Shown here in pieces: positions 25,519 through 35,121 of a stretch of 64,000 nt of DNA. Position numbers and translations under genes: made by a program. The stretch's first letter is position 1, and each line of letters starts with the position of its first letter. Source of the stretch: a virus; IMG/VR virus record IMGVR_UViG_3300031520_000001, positions 1,415 to 65,414 of that record. One strand, given 5' to 3'. The notes under the pieces were generated by a model. That model was not told the DNA's origin and made no database searches. It saw only the letters and a program-made list of their open reading frames with translations.

Positions 25519-26041
25519 TTACTTCCTCAGACATGGCGATAAAGCGCGTGCATGGCGTGCAGCTGGACAGGTACGCGAACTCCGCGAACTTGCCACGCAA
25601 CGCAAGCAGGTCGTTGATACCACGTCTCTTCCGACCTGCATGGAACTGACCTGCGACACACTCAGCAGTGCGGATATCCGGCGTCTCAGTGGCGTCACGG
25701 CCTCGATGCAATCCGAACTTATTGCAGGTGTCGATACCATTGTGATTCGCAGGATTGCGAATCACACCGATCCACTGCCACAGGTCGCACGTGATTCGAG
25801 CGGAAGCATGCCACAAAAATCTACCTACATCTCGATTATCCGCGAGTATACGGTCTCGACGGCACGCGCATTGTCCAATGCATCGAAGAAATGCTATGAG
25901 GATACGCACCGATATCCCAAGCGCATCTCTTGTTCGCAAAAAATCTATGACGATGCACACCTGGAAGGATGCGCTGAGTACTTGCCTCTATTAGAGGTCA
26001 AACCGAAGCTCACAGGCGGTCATATCGAATGTGAGGTGTAG
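25430..26041 (+). CDS. hypothetical protein
   Basis: Long ORF; true start probably near 25490. Confidence 0.5.
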   Translation: MTTYQHPQQEETYRPVRLWHMAMDKLRQANYFLRHGDKARAWRAAGQVRELRELATQRKQVVDTTSLPTCMELTCDTLSSADIRRLSGVTASMQSELIAGVDTIVIRRIANHTDPLPQVARDSSGSMPQKSTYISIIREYTVSTARALSNASKKCYEDTHRYPKRISCSQKIYDDAHLEGCAEYLPLLEVKPKLTGGHIECEV

Positions 26042-26363
26042 CGTGTTCGGTTTCTTCTACAGACCACTTCAGCTAAAGGATGCACCGGACGCCTTACATA
26101 GTGTTCCGACGTGGCACCGTGACGCCCGACGGAGTGCCTACACGGTGTCGGATGAGACCATAGACAAGCGCGGGTTGCATGTGGTCCTGCACGCTGCTTG
26201 TGTGCAGCATTTTGAGCAGTATGGACGCATGCCACGAGCGATTCGCGTTGGCGCATGGATACATTACATGGCTGCTGGCATGTGGCCATGTCGCAAGTAT
26301 CGTTCAGTGCTCAGTATTGCGCCGCAGCTTGGCTATGACAACACCATCATCTGTGAGAGTTAG
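26031..26363 (+). CDS. hypothetical protein
   Basis: 110 aa coupled ORF. Confidence 0.45.
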   Translation: MRCSVFGFFYRPLQLKDAPDALHSVPTWHRDARRSAYTVSDETIDKRGLHVVLHAACVQHFEQYGRMPRAIRVGAWIHYMAAGMWPCRKYRSVLSIAPQLGYDNTIICES

Positions 26364-26364
26364 C

Positions 26365-26595
26365 ATGGCAAAGAAACAATTTTCGCCATTAGAGCAGGCG
26401 TCACAGGACATCAAAACGCGCTATCGGTCTCCATACAAGTTTGACTACATCGGCAAGCTGAGAGAAGCGATAGGACGCGACATAACGCCTGTCCTGGTGC
26501 TCGGCACGGGGCCATTCAAACCAAACGAGACGACAAGTAGAGCGTTACCTGCTCTACATGGCTATACAACGAAAAGAATGGAGGAAATAGGATAA
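26365..26595 (+). CDS. hypothetical protein
   Basis: MAKKQFSPLEQASQDIK..., coupled ORF. Confidence 0.5.
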   Translation: MAKKQFSPLEQASQDIKTRYRSPYKFDYIGKLREAIGRDITPVLVLGTGPFKPNETTSRALPALHGYTTKRMEEIG

Positions 26596-26834
26596 TGAGA
26601 ATACTTCTCACGCCACAACAGGAAGCCAATCATGCACGCATCACGCTGCTCATCGATGTGATGCATGCCTTGATGCATTTCAACCTCGCGCTCTCGATGG
26701 CACAACGATTGATACCGGAACATGCGCAAAGCGTGATAGAGCAACGCGAGGACATGCGAACCGATATGACGATAGAACTGTTGCTCTTCCAACTACAAGA
26801 ACGTCAGGCCAAACGAGAGTTGGTGCTGGTATGA
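26595..26834 (+). CDS. hypothetical protein
   Basis: 79 aa, GGAGG RBS. Confidence 0.55.
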   Translation: MRILLTPQQEANHARITLLIDVMHALMHFNLALSMAQRLIPEHAQSVIEQREDMRTDMTIELLLFQLQERQAKRELVLV

Positions 26835-26898
26835 GTCATTACGATTGAGCAAAATAAACGCCTGTGTTGGGGAACACAGGCTAGGGGACACTACGCAG

Positions 26899-27471
26899 CT
26901 ACGACAACGTTAGAAGGTTGCTCACTCTCTTCTGTTGCATTGCCTTCTCTAACAATTGTTCAACGTCAGAGCGAAGAAAATACAAACGATGCCTTATCTT
27001 AATAGTCTGCTCTTTTAGTGGAATCAAAGCACCACTTCCGACAAGCTGATAAACATATGCACGACTAACATTTAATATTTCCATAGTCTGCGTCATATCT
27101 ACTAAATCTTTTTTGTCAACTTGTGAAATCACTTTACCCGAAATCACTTTATCTGAATTTATTTTATCTTTTGCAATGGAGGTACTTCTCCGAACATGCT
27201 CACGATTGTACAAATCAATACCTTTTTCGAGATAATAAATTATCCAGTATTTTTCTCTATCTCTTGCTTGCGCCAGCGTATCCACCGTCTCTATCAACTT
27301 CCATATAGGTATCAATCCAATAGAGAAAAGCTGGCGCATCCATTCATTCTTTCTTACATTACTATCTGTACAATTCAGATGTTGCTTAAAACGTGCATAA
27401 ACATTGTCAGTTATGCCTACATAAGCTACAGCACTAGTTCGTGGGTCTACCAATCCATAGATGAAATGCAT
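26899..27471 (-). CDS. GIY-YIG nuclease domain fused to C-terminal HTH_17
   Basis: FIYGLVDPR...YVGIT...RFKQH...EKYWI..Y...L.N; C-terminal EILNVSRAYVYQLV. Confidence 0.8.
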   Translation of the reverse strand: MHFIYGLVDPRTSAVAYVGITDNVYARFKQHLNCTDSNVRKNEWMRQLFSIGLIPIWKLIETVDTLAQARDREKYWIIYYLEKGIDLYNREHVRRSTSIAKDKINSDKVISGKVISQVDKKDLVDMTQTMEILNVSRAYVYQLVGSGALIPLKEQTIKIRHRLYFLRSDVEQLLEKAMQQKRVSNLLTLS

Positions 27472-27483
27472 AAGAAACCTTTT

Positions 27484-27696
27484 CTATGCTGCATAGACAG
27501 GCTTATCTTCTTTACTCACTTCTGCCAGCGTATCAATATCCTTTGGATCAAAAAGCGGTCTGTGTTGCTTTTTAAGTGCAGGATTATAGTTAGCTGGCTT
27601 GATTTTCTTGTCTCTAAGGCGAGCAAAGAATGTTCCACGACTTATGTTAAGTCGCTTCATAGCCTGTTCAGTGGTCAGCAAATTTTCATTCGACAT
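27484..27696 (-). CDS. HTH_17 / excisionase-like regulator
   Basis: LLTTEQAMKRLNISRGTFF. Confidence 0.8.
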   Translation of the reverse strand: MSNENLLTTEQAMKRLNISRGTFFARLRDKKIKPANYNPALKKQHRPLFDPKDIDTLAEVSKEDKPVYAA

Positions 27697-27726
27697 ATCA
27701 ACATCTCCTTTATACGAGACATACAC

Positions 27727-27766
27727 ATTATACGACTTGACATATTAAATGTCAATAGTATATAAT
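27727..27766. promoter_or_regulatory. overlapping divergent promoters sharing a TTGACAT-ATTAA-ATGTCAA dyad
   Basis: Minus TTGACA-17-TATAAT; plus TTGACA-18-TATAAT. Confidence 0.7.
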
Positions 27767-27884
27767 ATATTCAAGTCGTATAACACTAGCAAGACATACT
27801 AGCCACCTTGCATAGATTATACACTACCTTAACCTAAGGGACAATACGAACTCATAAAATGTATTAAACAAGAGGAATAATCAC

Positions 27885-28253
27885 ATGACCACATTCAAAA
27901 CCACACAAGACAGCATTCTCGACGCAGCGAACGCGAAACGTGAGACACCGTGTCTCCATTGCTACGAAGAACAGCGCGTTGATGGCACCGTGTATTGCGC
28001 TGACTGTCTCGCCATGCATCGCCGTGAATACCAACGGCAACAAGATCACGATCTACACATACAGATTGCATCTATGGACTTTGTGCCTGCTATGATCGCA
28101 CTTGGTTACATCGAGGACGGGAGCGTGATTGACGCCTTTTGGAAGGGGTTACTCACGGAACAAGAGGTGGCCCACATCGAGGAAGATATGCACTGGCACT
28201 TCGACACGACCAAAGTTCGCGCCGTGCTTGCGGCAAAGGAGGTTGCGGCATAA
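27885..28253 (+). CDS. hypothetical protein with zinc-binding motif
   Basis: CLHC...CADC; GAGGA RBS. Confidence 0.65.
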   Translation: MTTFKTTQDSILDAANAKRETPCLHCYEEQRVDGTVYCADCLAMHRREYQRQQDHDLHIQIASMDFVPAMIALGYIEDGSVIDAFWKGLLTEQEVAHIEEDMHWHFDTTKVRAVLAAKEVAA

Positions 28254-29062
28254 TGGAGACACGATACAAGTTTTTACGGCTCACCGAAGACAACCGCATC
28301 AGTTCGGAGCATGGCGAGTGCATCTGGACGATTGGCACACCAAAGAGCGTGGAAGGCACCATCGAAACCTGCGAGAATGGCTTCCATTGCTCTAGGCGAG
28401 CCTACGAAGCCTTTACCTATGTGCAAGGCGAAATCCTTGCACAGGTTGAGGTGAGTGGAGAATGTGACATGGACACGGACAAAGAGGCGTGGCAACACAT
28501 GCGCCTTATTCGTGCGTGGAAGTGGCAGAAGCGCGATAGCGTGGCATTGTCCATATTCGCGGCGGAATTGGTGCTTAGCAATTACGAAACGCTCTATCCT
28601 GGCGATGACAGACCACGCAAGGCGATAGAAGCGGCGCGACGTTGGCATGAGGAGCCGACAGAAGAAAACAAAGTTGCTGCTCGGTCTGCTGCTGGGTCTG
28701 CTTGGTCTGCTGCTGGGTCTGCTGCTGGGTCTGCTTGGTCTGCTGGGTCTGCTGCTGGGTCTGCTGCTTGGTCTGCTGCTCGGTCTGCTGAGTCTGCTGC
28801 TGGGTCTGCTGCTGGGTCTGCTGCTGAGTCTGCTGCTGGGTCTGCTGGGTCTGCTGCTGGGTCTGCTGCTGGGTCTGCTGGGTCTGCTGCTCGGTCTGCT
28901 TGGTCTGCTGCTGGGTCTGCTGCTCGGTCTGCTTGGTCTGCTTGGTCTGCTGCTGAGTCTGCTGCTCGGTCTGCAAAAGAAGAAATACTTACAAAAATTG
29001 CAGACTGGATGGAGGCGCATATTGCAGAGATGGAGCCGTTTGTGCAGGAGGTGAAGGCATGA
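28253..29062 (+). CDS. protein with Imm5-like DDRPRKAIEAARRW motif and Ala/Ser/Gly/Trp repeat tract
   Basis: N-terminal CENGFHCS domain, FAAELVL..YE..YPGDDRPRKAIEAAR, then (SAAG/SAW/SAAR)n. Confidence 0.75.
   Translation: METRYKFLRLTEDNRISSEHGECIWTIGTPKSVEGTIETCENGFHCSRRAYEAFTYVQGEILAQVEVSGECDMDTDKEAWQHMRLIRAWKWQKRDSVALSIFAAELVLSNYETLYPGDDRPRKAIEAARRWHEEPTEENKVAARSAAGSAWSAAGSAAGSAWSAGSAAGSAAWSAARSAESAAGSAAGSAAESAAGSAGSAAGSAAGSAGSAARSAWSAAGSAARSAWSAWSAAESAARSAKEEILTKIADWMEAHIAEMEPFVQEVKA
28675..28974. repeat. degenerate 9/12-bp tandem repeat (ggtctgct-based), about 300 bp
   Basis: Visible run of gctgggtctgct / gcttggtct / gctcggtct units. Confidence 0.95.
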
Positions 29063-29517
29063 TGAACGAGATAGACGCCGTACACGCCAAATCTCTTGCA
29101 CAAAAGGCGTTGCTCTTAGACCAGGAGAACGCACAACTCAAGGCGAAGATTGCTCAACTTGAAAAGTCGATTGCCTACGAAAAAGAGTGCGCCAATCTGG
29201 TCGTCTCCGGCGCACTCGACATTCAGGAGGATTTGAGAGCTGCGAAAGAGAGACAAGATACTGACGCACTCCTGCTCAAAATGTGGAAAGAGAACGCATA
29301 CGGCGCAAAGTCAGAGGTTGAACGTCTACAGGCCGACCTCCAAGCCGCGCGAACCGCCGCCGAACTTGCACAATCGCATAGGCAAGCGTTGGAGCAATTG
29401 GTACGCTCATATCAGCAGAGAGACAATTGCGAGACACAACTGCAATGGGGACGCGATTGTCAGTGTGACGATTGCCACCATGCCAATGAGTTGCTCGGAA
29501 TCGAGGTGAAGCTATGA
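29059..29517 (+). CDS. coiled-coil hypothetical protein
   Basis: Heptad-rich; C-terminal CQCDDC. Confidence 0.6.
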   Translation: MMNEIDAVHAKSLAQKALLLDQENAQLKAKIAQLEKSIAYEKECANLVVSGALDIQEDLRAAKERQDTDALLLKMWKENAYGAKSEVERLQADLQAARTAAELAQSHRQALEQLVRSYQQRDNCETQLQWGRDCQCDDCHHANELLGIEVKL

Positions 29518-29744
29518 GTGCTTGCTATCACTGCGAACAGTCTGCAACACTCACCACGCCATCAGGACGATTTCATTACTGCGCTGAGCATGGACGATGT
29601 AGACGCTGTAAGAAGCCTGTCACATCGTTTGTACGGCACCCATTTAACAATACCTCTGTCTGTCAGTGTGTTGCAGACTTCACGCTCAGAATCGCATCTC
29701 AGCGCGAAAACAGCCACATGAAACAAGAGAGGTTTATAGCCTGA
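29514..29744 (+). CDS. Cys-rich hypothetical protein
   Basis: CYHC...CAEH...CRRC. Confidence 0.55.
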   Translation: MSACYHCEQSATLTTPSGRFHYCAEHGRCRRCKKPVTSFVRHPFNNTSVCQCVADFTLRIASQRENSHMKQERFIA

Positions 29745-29851
29745 TGAGCTTCCACCAGCAGCATCACACGCTGTTCATGCTGTGCTTGATGCTGCTGGTC
29801 ACGGTGTACATACTCGCACTTATATTCATCGAGATAGCAATTGTTCCATAA
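29744..29851 (+). CDS. small membrane peptide
   Basis: 35 aa hydrophobic, coupled. Confidence 0.4.
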   Translation: MSFHQQHHTLFMLCLMLLVTVYILALIFIEIAIVP

Positions 29852-29896
29852 CACACGCGAAAAGAGTGTGCAGATTACACATAAGGAGAGAAAGAC

Positions 29897-30313
29897 ATGA
29901 TCGAGCAAGAAACCAAGACGGTCACACAGATTGACGACACCAAAACCTACAGTGGCTTACCTATTCCGGCCTATTGGTCCTCAATCGAGAGACGCGAAGA
30001 CGGTATTCTGTGGCGACGAACGCAAGGTGAGCCAATCCAGGTGATTGAATCCATCACAGTCAAAGATGGCGAACGATGGTTACACGTCTCAGTGAGCAAA
30101 GCACCCAAGCGCAAAATGCCAACCTATGAGGATATCCAGACCGCACGAAGACTCTTTATTGGTGAGCATCGAGAGTGCTATCAGGTGTTCCCTACATCAG
30201 ACCGTTATGTGGATTTTGAGCCAGTGTTACATCTCTGGTGCAATTTAGACAGGCCAAAGGGTGTGCTACCTCACTTTGAAGGCATCTTGCCTGATGGGAG
30301 AGTATCAGTCTAG
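29897..30313 (+). CDS. conserved phage hypothetical protein
   Basis: WLHVSVS...MPTYED...YQVFP...LHLW pattern; AAGGAG RBS. Confidence 0.7.
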   Translation: MIEQETKTVTQIDDTKTYSGLPIPAYWSSIERREDGILWRRTQGEPIQVIESITVKDGERWLHVSVSKAPKRKMPTYEDIQTARRLFIGEHRECYQVFPTSDRYVDFEPVLHLWCNLDRPKGVLPHFEGILPDGRVSV

Positions 30314-30383
30314 CTCCACACAATACACCAGGGGATATCGCATATCCCCACATATTTCATTTTGACAGAGTTACGGGGGAAGC

Positions 30384-30626
30384 ATGAACGATAAGCAAAT
30401 CTATATTGCCTACGTACTCGATGCAAACGAATTAGGCACGCAACTTTTACGTTTTGCCTTTGAGCATCCACGCGTCGAGTATTGGGCAGAGTCACCAGAG
30501 CAGGCACAACTTAAAGCCTATTTCAAAGAGCATCACTACACGCATCAGGAACCGCTTGTAGTGGAAGCGAGCGAACTGGTGGACTATCTACCATTTACAC
30601 GTAATACCTATCAGGGGAAAGTATGA
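30384..30626 (+). CDS. hypothetical protein
   Basis: GGGGAAG RBS. Confidence 0.55.
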   Translation: MNDKQIYIAYVLDANELGTQLLRFAFEHPRVEYWAESPEQAQLKAYFKEHHYTHQEPLVVEASELVDYLPFTRNTYQGKV

Positions 30627-31015
30627 GCGAAGAAAAGAAGCTAACACTTGGCGGTGTTGGAATGCCAACTGCCTTATTGCTTGACGAATTTGGAAGCCAC
30701 GTTTGGTCGGCGTTCGGACATCCCTGCTATCACGTCGGTTCCTCACTTACACAGAAAACAGGATGGCGTGACGTAGATGTACGTCTCATTCTCAATGATG
30801 AAGAGTACGAACGCATGGGATTAGGCGATCCAGAACGAACACACCATAACGCAAAATGGGTATCTCTTGTGTTGGCGTATTCTGCACTAGGCAAGGTCAT
30901 AACAGGACTACCAATAGATTTTCAGATACAGCAACAATCCTATGCCAATGAACATTACGACGGAATGCGCTCCGCATTAGGCATGACGCCGTTACGACTA
31001 GCACACTATAAATAA
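30623..31015 (+). CDS. minimal nucleotidyltransferase-like protein
   Basis: YHVGSSL...WRDVDVRL...DFQIQ matches the hGS-x-DxD polymerase-beta-fold motif. Confidence 0.6.
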   Translation: MSEEKKLTLGGVGMPTALLLDEFGSHVWSAFGHPCYHVGSSLTQKTGWRDVDVRLILNDEEYERMGLGDPERTHHNAKWVSLVLAYSALGKVITGLPIDFQIQQQSYANEHYDGMRSALGMTPLRLAHYK

Positions 31016-31036
31016 CTATTTCACCTGGGGGAACAT

Positions 31037-31261
31037 ATGACCACATTAACACAAGATGATATATTTTCTATTCTCAGCATCAACACATTTCTTCAGCACA
31101 CTGAGAAGAAACTGCACATCACACACGAAGGCAAGCAGGTTGAGATTTTCACGGTAGACCTCACTGGCCGCGCCTTCTCAATGGAGCTAGACGAACAAGG
31201 CATACAACTCACATCTGACGATATTCGCGCACTGACACAACAGGCACGATCACAATTTTAA
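31037..31261 (+). CDS. hypothetical protein
   Basis: GGGGGAA RBS. Confidence 0.55.
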   Translation: MTTLTQDDIFSILSINTFLQHTEKKLHITHEGKQVEIFTVDLTGRAFSMELDEQGIQLTSDDIRALTQQARSQF

Positions 31262-31290
31262 TTACCTAATTTATTATTTCTGGGGGAAGT

Positions 31291-31689
31291 ATGAGCAGCA
31301 CACGCGACCAACTACGCTATTTTCTTACGAGTCAAGGCCGAACAGAAGCACAAATAACGCAAATAGAGCAGGACATTGCGACACTCGCCGACACAAGTCC
31401 GACAATCGACTACGGCATGACAGCGCGGTACTTGATGGATACGCTTACTGTTGAGGATACCGCGCCCACGTTCTCAGGTATCCATGCCGCAGCCGCCTTC
31501 ACACGCGCCATGCAAGAATTGCTTGACCCGGCAAAAACAACTACACAGATTGACAGAGAGCATCTGAAGAGTGGCATACAGCAACTACTCAACGACAACA
31601 CCGCCTGGTGCTCGTACTGTGAGCAAGAGAAGCTGCGCGCACAATGCACACAGCTTGACGACGGTAGGTACATCTGTGGCGACTGTTGA
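31291..31689 (+). CDS. hypothetical protein with C-terminal zinc finger
   Basis: WCSYC...YICGDC. Confidence 0.6.
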   Translation: MSSTRDQLRYFLTSQGRTEAQITQIEQDIATLADTSPTIDYGMTARYLMDTLTVEDTAPTFSGIHAAAAFTRAMQELLDPAKTTTQIDREHLKSGIQQLLNDNTAWCSYCEQEKLRAQCTQLDDGRYICGDC

Positions 31690-31730
31690 GCAATTGACAT
31701 ATGAGCATATCTTTATGTATCGGGGGAAGT

Positions 31731-32132
31731 ATGAGACCACATTCTTACATTTTAGACGAACAGCATAATCCTCTTCCATGTGAGGATATCCGCATCTATG
31801 GCAAATGGTTTGAGGATATGGAGAGACGAACCGTAGGACATGACACGATAGAGGGCAACGGACGCAAAGCAGATATTTCAACTGTCTTTCTGGTGCTTGA
31901 CCATGACCTTGCAGGTGAGGAACCTGTACTTTTTGAAACAATGGTATGCGCAGACGATGACATACTCACCTACTTGCTAGAGAGTTCAGAGCAAGAAGCC
32001 AGAAGCATCATTTCACAATTCTTCGGAGGCATAGATATCCAACGCCGCTATACGACGTGGGACAAGTCCGAAAAAGGGCATAAGAGCATGGTGGATTTCG
32101 TCAAGGTCTGTCTGCTGAAAATGCCACTATAA
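31731..32132 (+). CDS. conserved phage hypothetical protein
   Basis: ISTVFLVLDH...PVLFETMV...RRY.TW...GH pattern. Confidence 0.65.
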   Translation: MRPHSYILDEQHNPLPCEDIRIYGKWFEDMERRTVGHDTIEGNGRKADISTVFLVLDHDLAGEEPVLFETMVCADDDILTYLLESSEQEARSIISQFFGGIDIQRRYTTWDKSEKGHKSMVDFVKVCLLKMPL

Positions 32133-32281
32133 CACAACAATAATAACTCTTTACTGGGGGAACTAAGCACTGCAATAAAAGAGATCGTCAATGCGTATAA
32201 ATAGCAAACTAAAAGCTCAAGTGCATAGTTTTAATTGCATCATGATGCAATAACTTTATAGCTATTATTTCTGGGGGAAGT

Positions 32282-32752
32282 ATGAACGAACACAAAATAG
32301 GCATCACGTCAGACTCATTTCGTCACGGCGTCGCAGAGACCGCGAAACGCCTGTATGGACAAGGCGTCTCACCTGACGAAGTGATGCAAGCACTTCAACA
32401 ACCACAAGACGAAGGACTCCTACAAGCAGGGCTAGCAGCCGTTGCCGTTGCACAACATCCTATCCACATGTGGCACAACTACGCAACAGGTGAAGACGAG
32501 TATCGCCACACTCCGCCTGAGACACATGAAATCGCCCGTGCCTACATTTGGCAAGACGACGCGACACAACGCCACTATGACGACTGCGTGGCCTCTGGCA
32601 TGGCGATACTCGATGCACTGGCGATGGTGTGGCAAGAGACACTACGACAGCAACGCATGGTGCCGCATGTTGGTACCTACCTGGATGCACAGCAACTTGA
32701 GGATGCGATGCGACCATACATCACGAAAACGCACAACGAGAACAAAGGGTAG
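32282..32752 (+). CDS. hypothetical protein
   Basis: 156 aa, GGGGGAAG RBS. Confidence 0.6.
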   Translation: MNEHKIGITSDSFRHGVAETAKRLYGQGVSPDEVMQALQQPQDEGLLQAGLAAVAVAQHPIHMWHNYATGEDEYRHTPPETHEIARAYIWQDDATQRHYDDCVASGMAILDALAMVWQETLRQQRMVPHVGTYLDAQQLEDAMRPYITKTHNENKG

Positions 32753-32888
32753 TTCATCATGGTCTACCCTGTAGAAATTGACAGGGGGAACCATCATGGC
32801 ACCCCCTTTGCACAGCACAATGGGTGTTATGAACACAGAGGTCACTATTTCACATCGAATGTCTAAATAACTTTATTCTGGGGGATAA

Positions 32889-34073
32889 ATGGAGTTTCAC
32901 GAAGTAGCTAACCTTTTCCCTTTTATCGAAGGGGAAGAGTTTGATAATCTGGTAAAAGATATCAAAGAGAACGGATTACAGCAACCCATCTGGACATATC
33001 AAGGCAAAATTATTGATGGAAGAAACCGATACCGTGCTTGCCTTGCGTCAGGCACAACGCCAAAGTTTCAAGAGTGGGATGGTAAAGGTTCACTTGTCGC
33101 CTTTACCATCAGCCTTAACGTCAAACGTAGACATCTTACAAGCAGCCAGTTAGGGATAATTTCACTAAAGGTTGAAGAGCAGTTCGCTATCGAAGCCGCT
33201 AAAAATGTATCGCTTGGTGGGGCAAATCATCAAGGGAACCAATACACGGAGACAGAATTGGAAGGTTTGCCAAATTTGGCAAACCTTCCAATTGAGCCAA
33301 TTCACGCTGCGGAAGAAACCGCCAAATTACTGGGAGTTAGTCATAGTTACGTAAGCACTGCTAAGGCAATCGAGAGGGACGCCCCTGAACTGCTTGATCA
33401 CGTCTTAGCAGGAACACTCACTATCCCCGATGCTAAAACGATATCAGATTTACCCAAAGAACGCAGGGATAAGATTGTCGAAAAGGTTGTGCAACGAAAA
33501 GAGGAAGAGGGGAAGAGAGTAAGCCGCTCGGTCAAAGAGGCTATCTGGGAAGATGAAATACCCTCTAAGTTAAGTGATCCTAACCTCATGAAAATTATGA
33601 GTAGTAGCGAGTCCCCAGAATGGTATACCCCAGAAGATGTTATCGCGCGTGTCCTTGACCTCTTTGGAGAAATAGACCTTGACCCATGTTCTAATAGTCA
33701 TGATAAGCCCAACGTCCCTGCTCACAGACTCTACACAAGAGAAGATAATGGACTCAACAAAGCATGGTACGGCAAAGTGTATATGAACCCCCCGTATGGT
33801 AGAGAAATATCTGAATGGACTGAAAAACTCGCAGAAGAGTTCAACAAAGGACGTGTTGAAGAAGCGATTGCACTAGTGCCTGGACGCATTGATACGGCAT
33901 GGTTTCAACCAATGTATAACCATCTGATATGTACAATCAAAGGCCGACTATCATTCAGTGAAGCAGAAAGCGGCGCACCATTCCCCTCAGTAGCAATTTA
34001 TATGGGCAAGCGTCGAGAGGCATTTATTGAAGCATTCAAAAGTGTAGGGCCGATATTGGAGCGCGTTGCATGA
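32889..34073 (+). CDS. ParB-like N-terminal domain fused to phage Dam-type N6-adenine DNA methyltransferase
   Basis: L..DIK.NGL..PI...IIDGRNRYRA (ParB); EWYTP, IDLDPCS, VYMNPPYG (MTase). Confidence 0.9.
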   Translation: MEFHEVANLFPFIEGEEFDNLVKDIKENGLQQPIWTYQGKIIDGRNRYRACLASGTTPKFQEWDGKGSLVAFTISLNVKRRHLTSSQLGIISLKVEEQFAIEAAKNVSLGGANHQGNQYTETELEGLPNLANLPIEPIHAAEETAKLLGVSHSYVSTAKAIERDAPELLDHVLAGTLTIPDAKTISDLPKERRDKIVEKVVQRKEEEGKRVSRSVKEAIWEDEIPSKLSDPNLMKIMSSSESPEWYTPEDVIARVLDLFGEIDLDPCSNSHDKPNVPAHRLYTREDNGLNKAWYGKVYMNPPYGREISEWTEKLAEEFNKGRVEEAIALVPGRIDTAWFQPMYNHLICTIKGRLSFSEAESGAPFPSVAIYMGKRREAFIEAFKSVGPILERVA

Positions 34074-34828
34074 TAGACGAATACACAGAAAAGAACGATT
34101 GGCAAATAAGACTACGTGATCGCTATATCAAGCCATTCTATGAGCAAACCTGTAAAGATGCCAAATATGTTTTTGTTGATGGAAACGCCAGACCAGACAC
34201 ATGCAGTTACTATCTACAAAAAAATGTGGGGATGGACACATTTGCAATGACCAGTAAAGGCACGTCGAGTGCCATTGATGAGAAGATTGACAAGCATTAT
34301 GGCAGTCCCAACTTTATGATAGAAACGGAATCTTGCACCGTTGAGGGGCATAAAAAAGAGGGATGGATATATTATTCACTCATTGATTTACTTTTCTATG
34401 CGTTCGTTCTCCCAGAAGAAAAAGGGCTTGACCTCTATATTATCCATTTCAGGCCGTTTCAGACATGGTTCATACAAACATGGATGCCAGCCAATGGGAA
34501 CAACATAAAGAAAAATCATATTATGCCTGATACGCTCAATCATACCAAATGTATGAAAGTGCCTATTCGAGAAGTCACCAGAGCCATGAGGAACACAAGA
34601 CGCTTTCTCATTACGCGAAATGGTATTCAGTTACTCAACACCGAGACCTCTATATTTGAACTCGACAAAATGCTGAAAAATCTTGACCTGGGTAGTTGTC
34701 CTAATGTCCTAGAGGCAACGCAATCCGAGCAAGTGCAAGAAGCGCAGATACCAGCAAAAAAGACAGCAAAAAAGAAGAAAACACCTATTCCTAGTGGGCA
34801 ACTATCTATATGGGAGACCTCAGCATAA
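34070..34828 (+). CDS. putative PD-(D/E)XK-fold nuclease
   Basis: GMD...IDEKID...NFMIE..S...GW..Y...D pattern; coupled to the MTase. Confidence 0.5.
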   Translation: MIDEYTEKNDWQIRLRDRYIKPFYEQTCKDAKYVFVDGNARPDTCSYYLQKNVGMDTFAMTSKGTSSAIDEKIDKHYGSPNFMIETESCTVEGHKKEGWIYYSLIDLLFYAFVLPEEKGLDLYIIHFRPFQTWFIQTWMPANGNNIKKNHIMPDTLNHTKCMKVPIREVTRAMRNTRRFLITRNGIQLLNTETSIFELDKMLKNLDLGSCPNVLEATQSEQVQEAQIPAKKTAKKKKTPIPSGQLSIWETSA

Positions 34829-35043
34829 TGAACACATCATACAAGAAACAACCACGTTCGCAAGCCGCCGAGCAATTACAAGATGTACTCGACAAGGCCG
34901 AAGAATTCGCAGCACAGCACAATATCCCGTTCATCGCAACCTACGAAGGACTGAACGGACACTTGCACACGTTCAAGCATGTGCCAAAGAGCAGCACACA
35001 AGAAATAGCACTTGCACTACGAGAACTTGGCGAAACAGCATAA
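34828..35043 (+). CDS. hypothetical protein
   Basis: 71 aa coupled ORF. Confidence 0.5.
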   Translation: MNTSYKKQPRSQAAEQLQDVLDKAEEFAAQHNIPFIATYEGLNGHLHTFKHVPKSSTQEIALALRELGETA

Positions 35044-35121
35044 ACATTTTATAGAAAGCACAACACCATGCACACCGCGCCCACACGCGACCATGACTAT
35101 TTTCTTATGCATATACCACTC

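Noticed and set aside
28274-29134. Long Q/T-, L/G-, S/R/P- and A/D/P-rich ORFs in other frames
   Set aside because: Shadows of the stop-free tandem repeat; no RBS support
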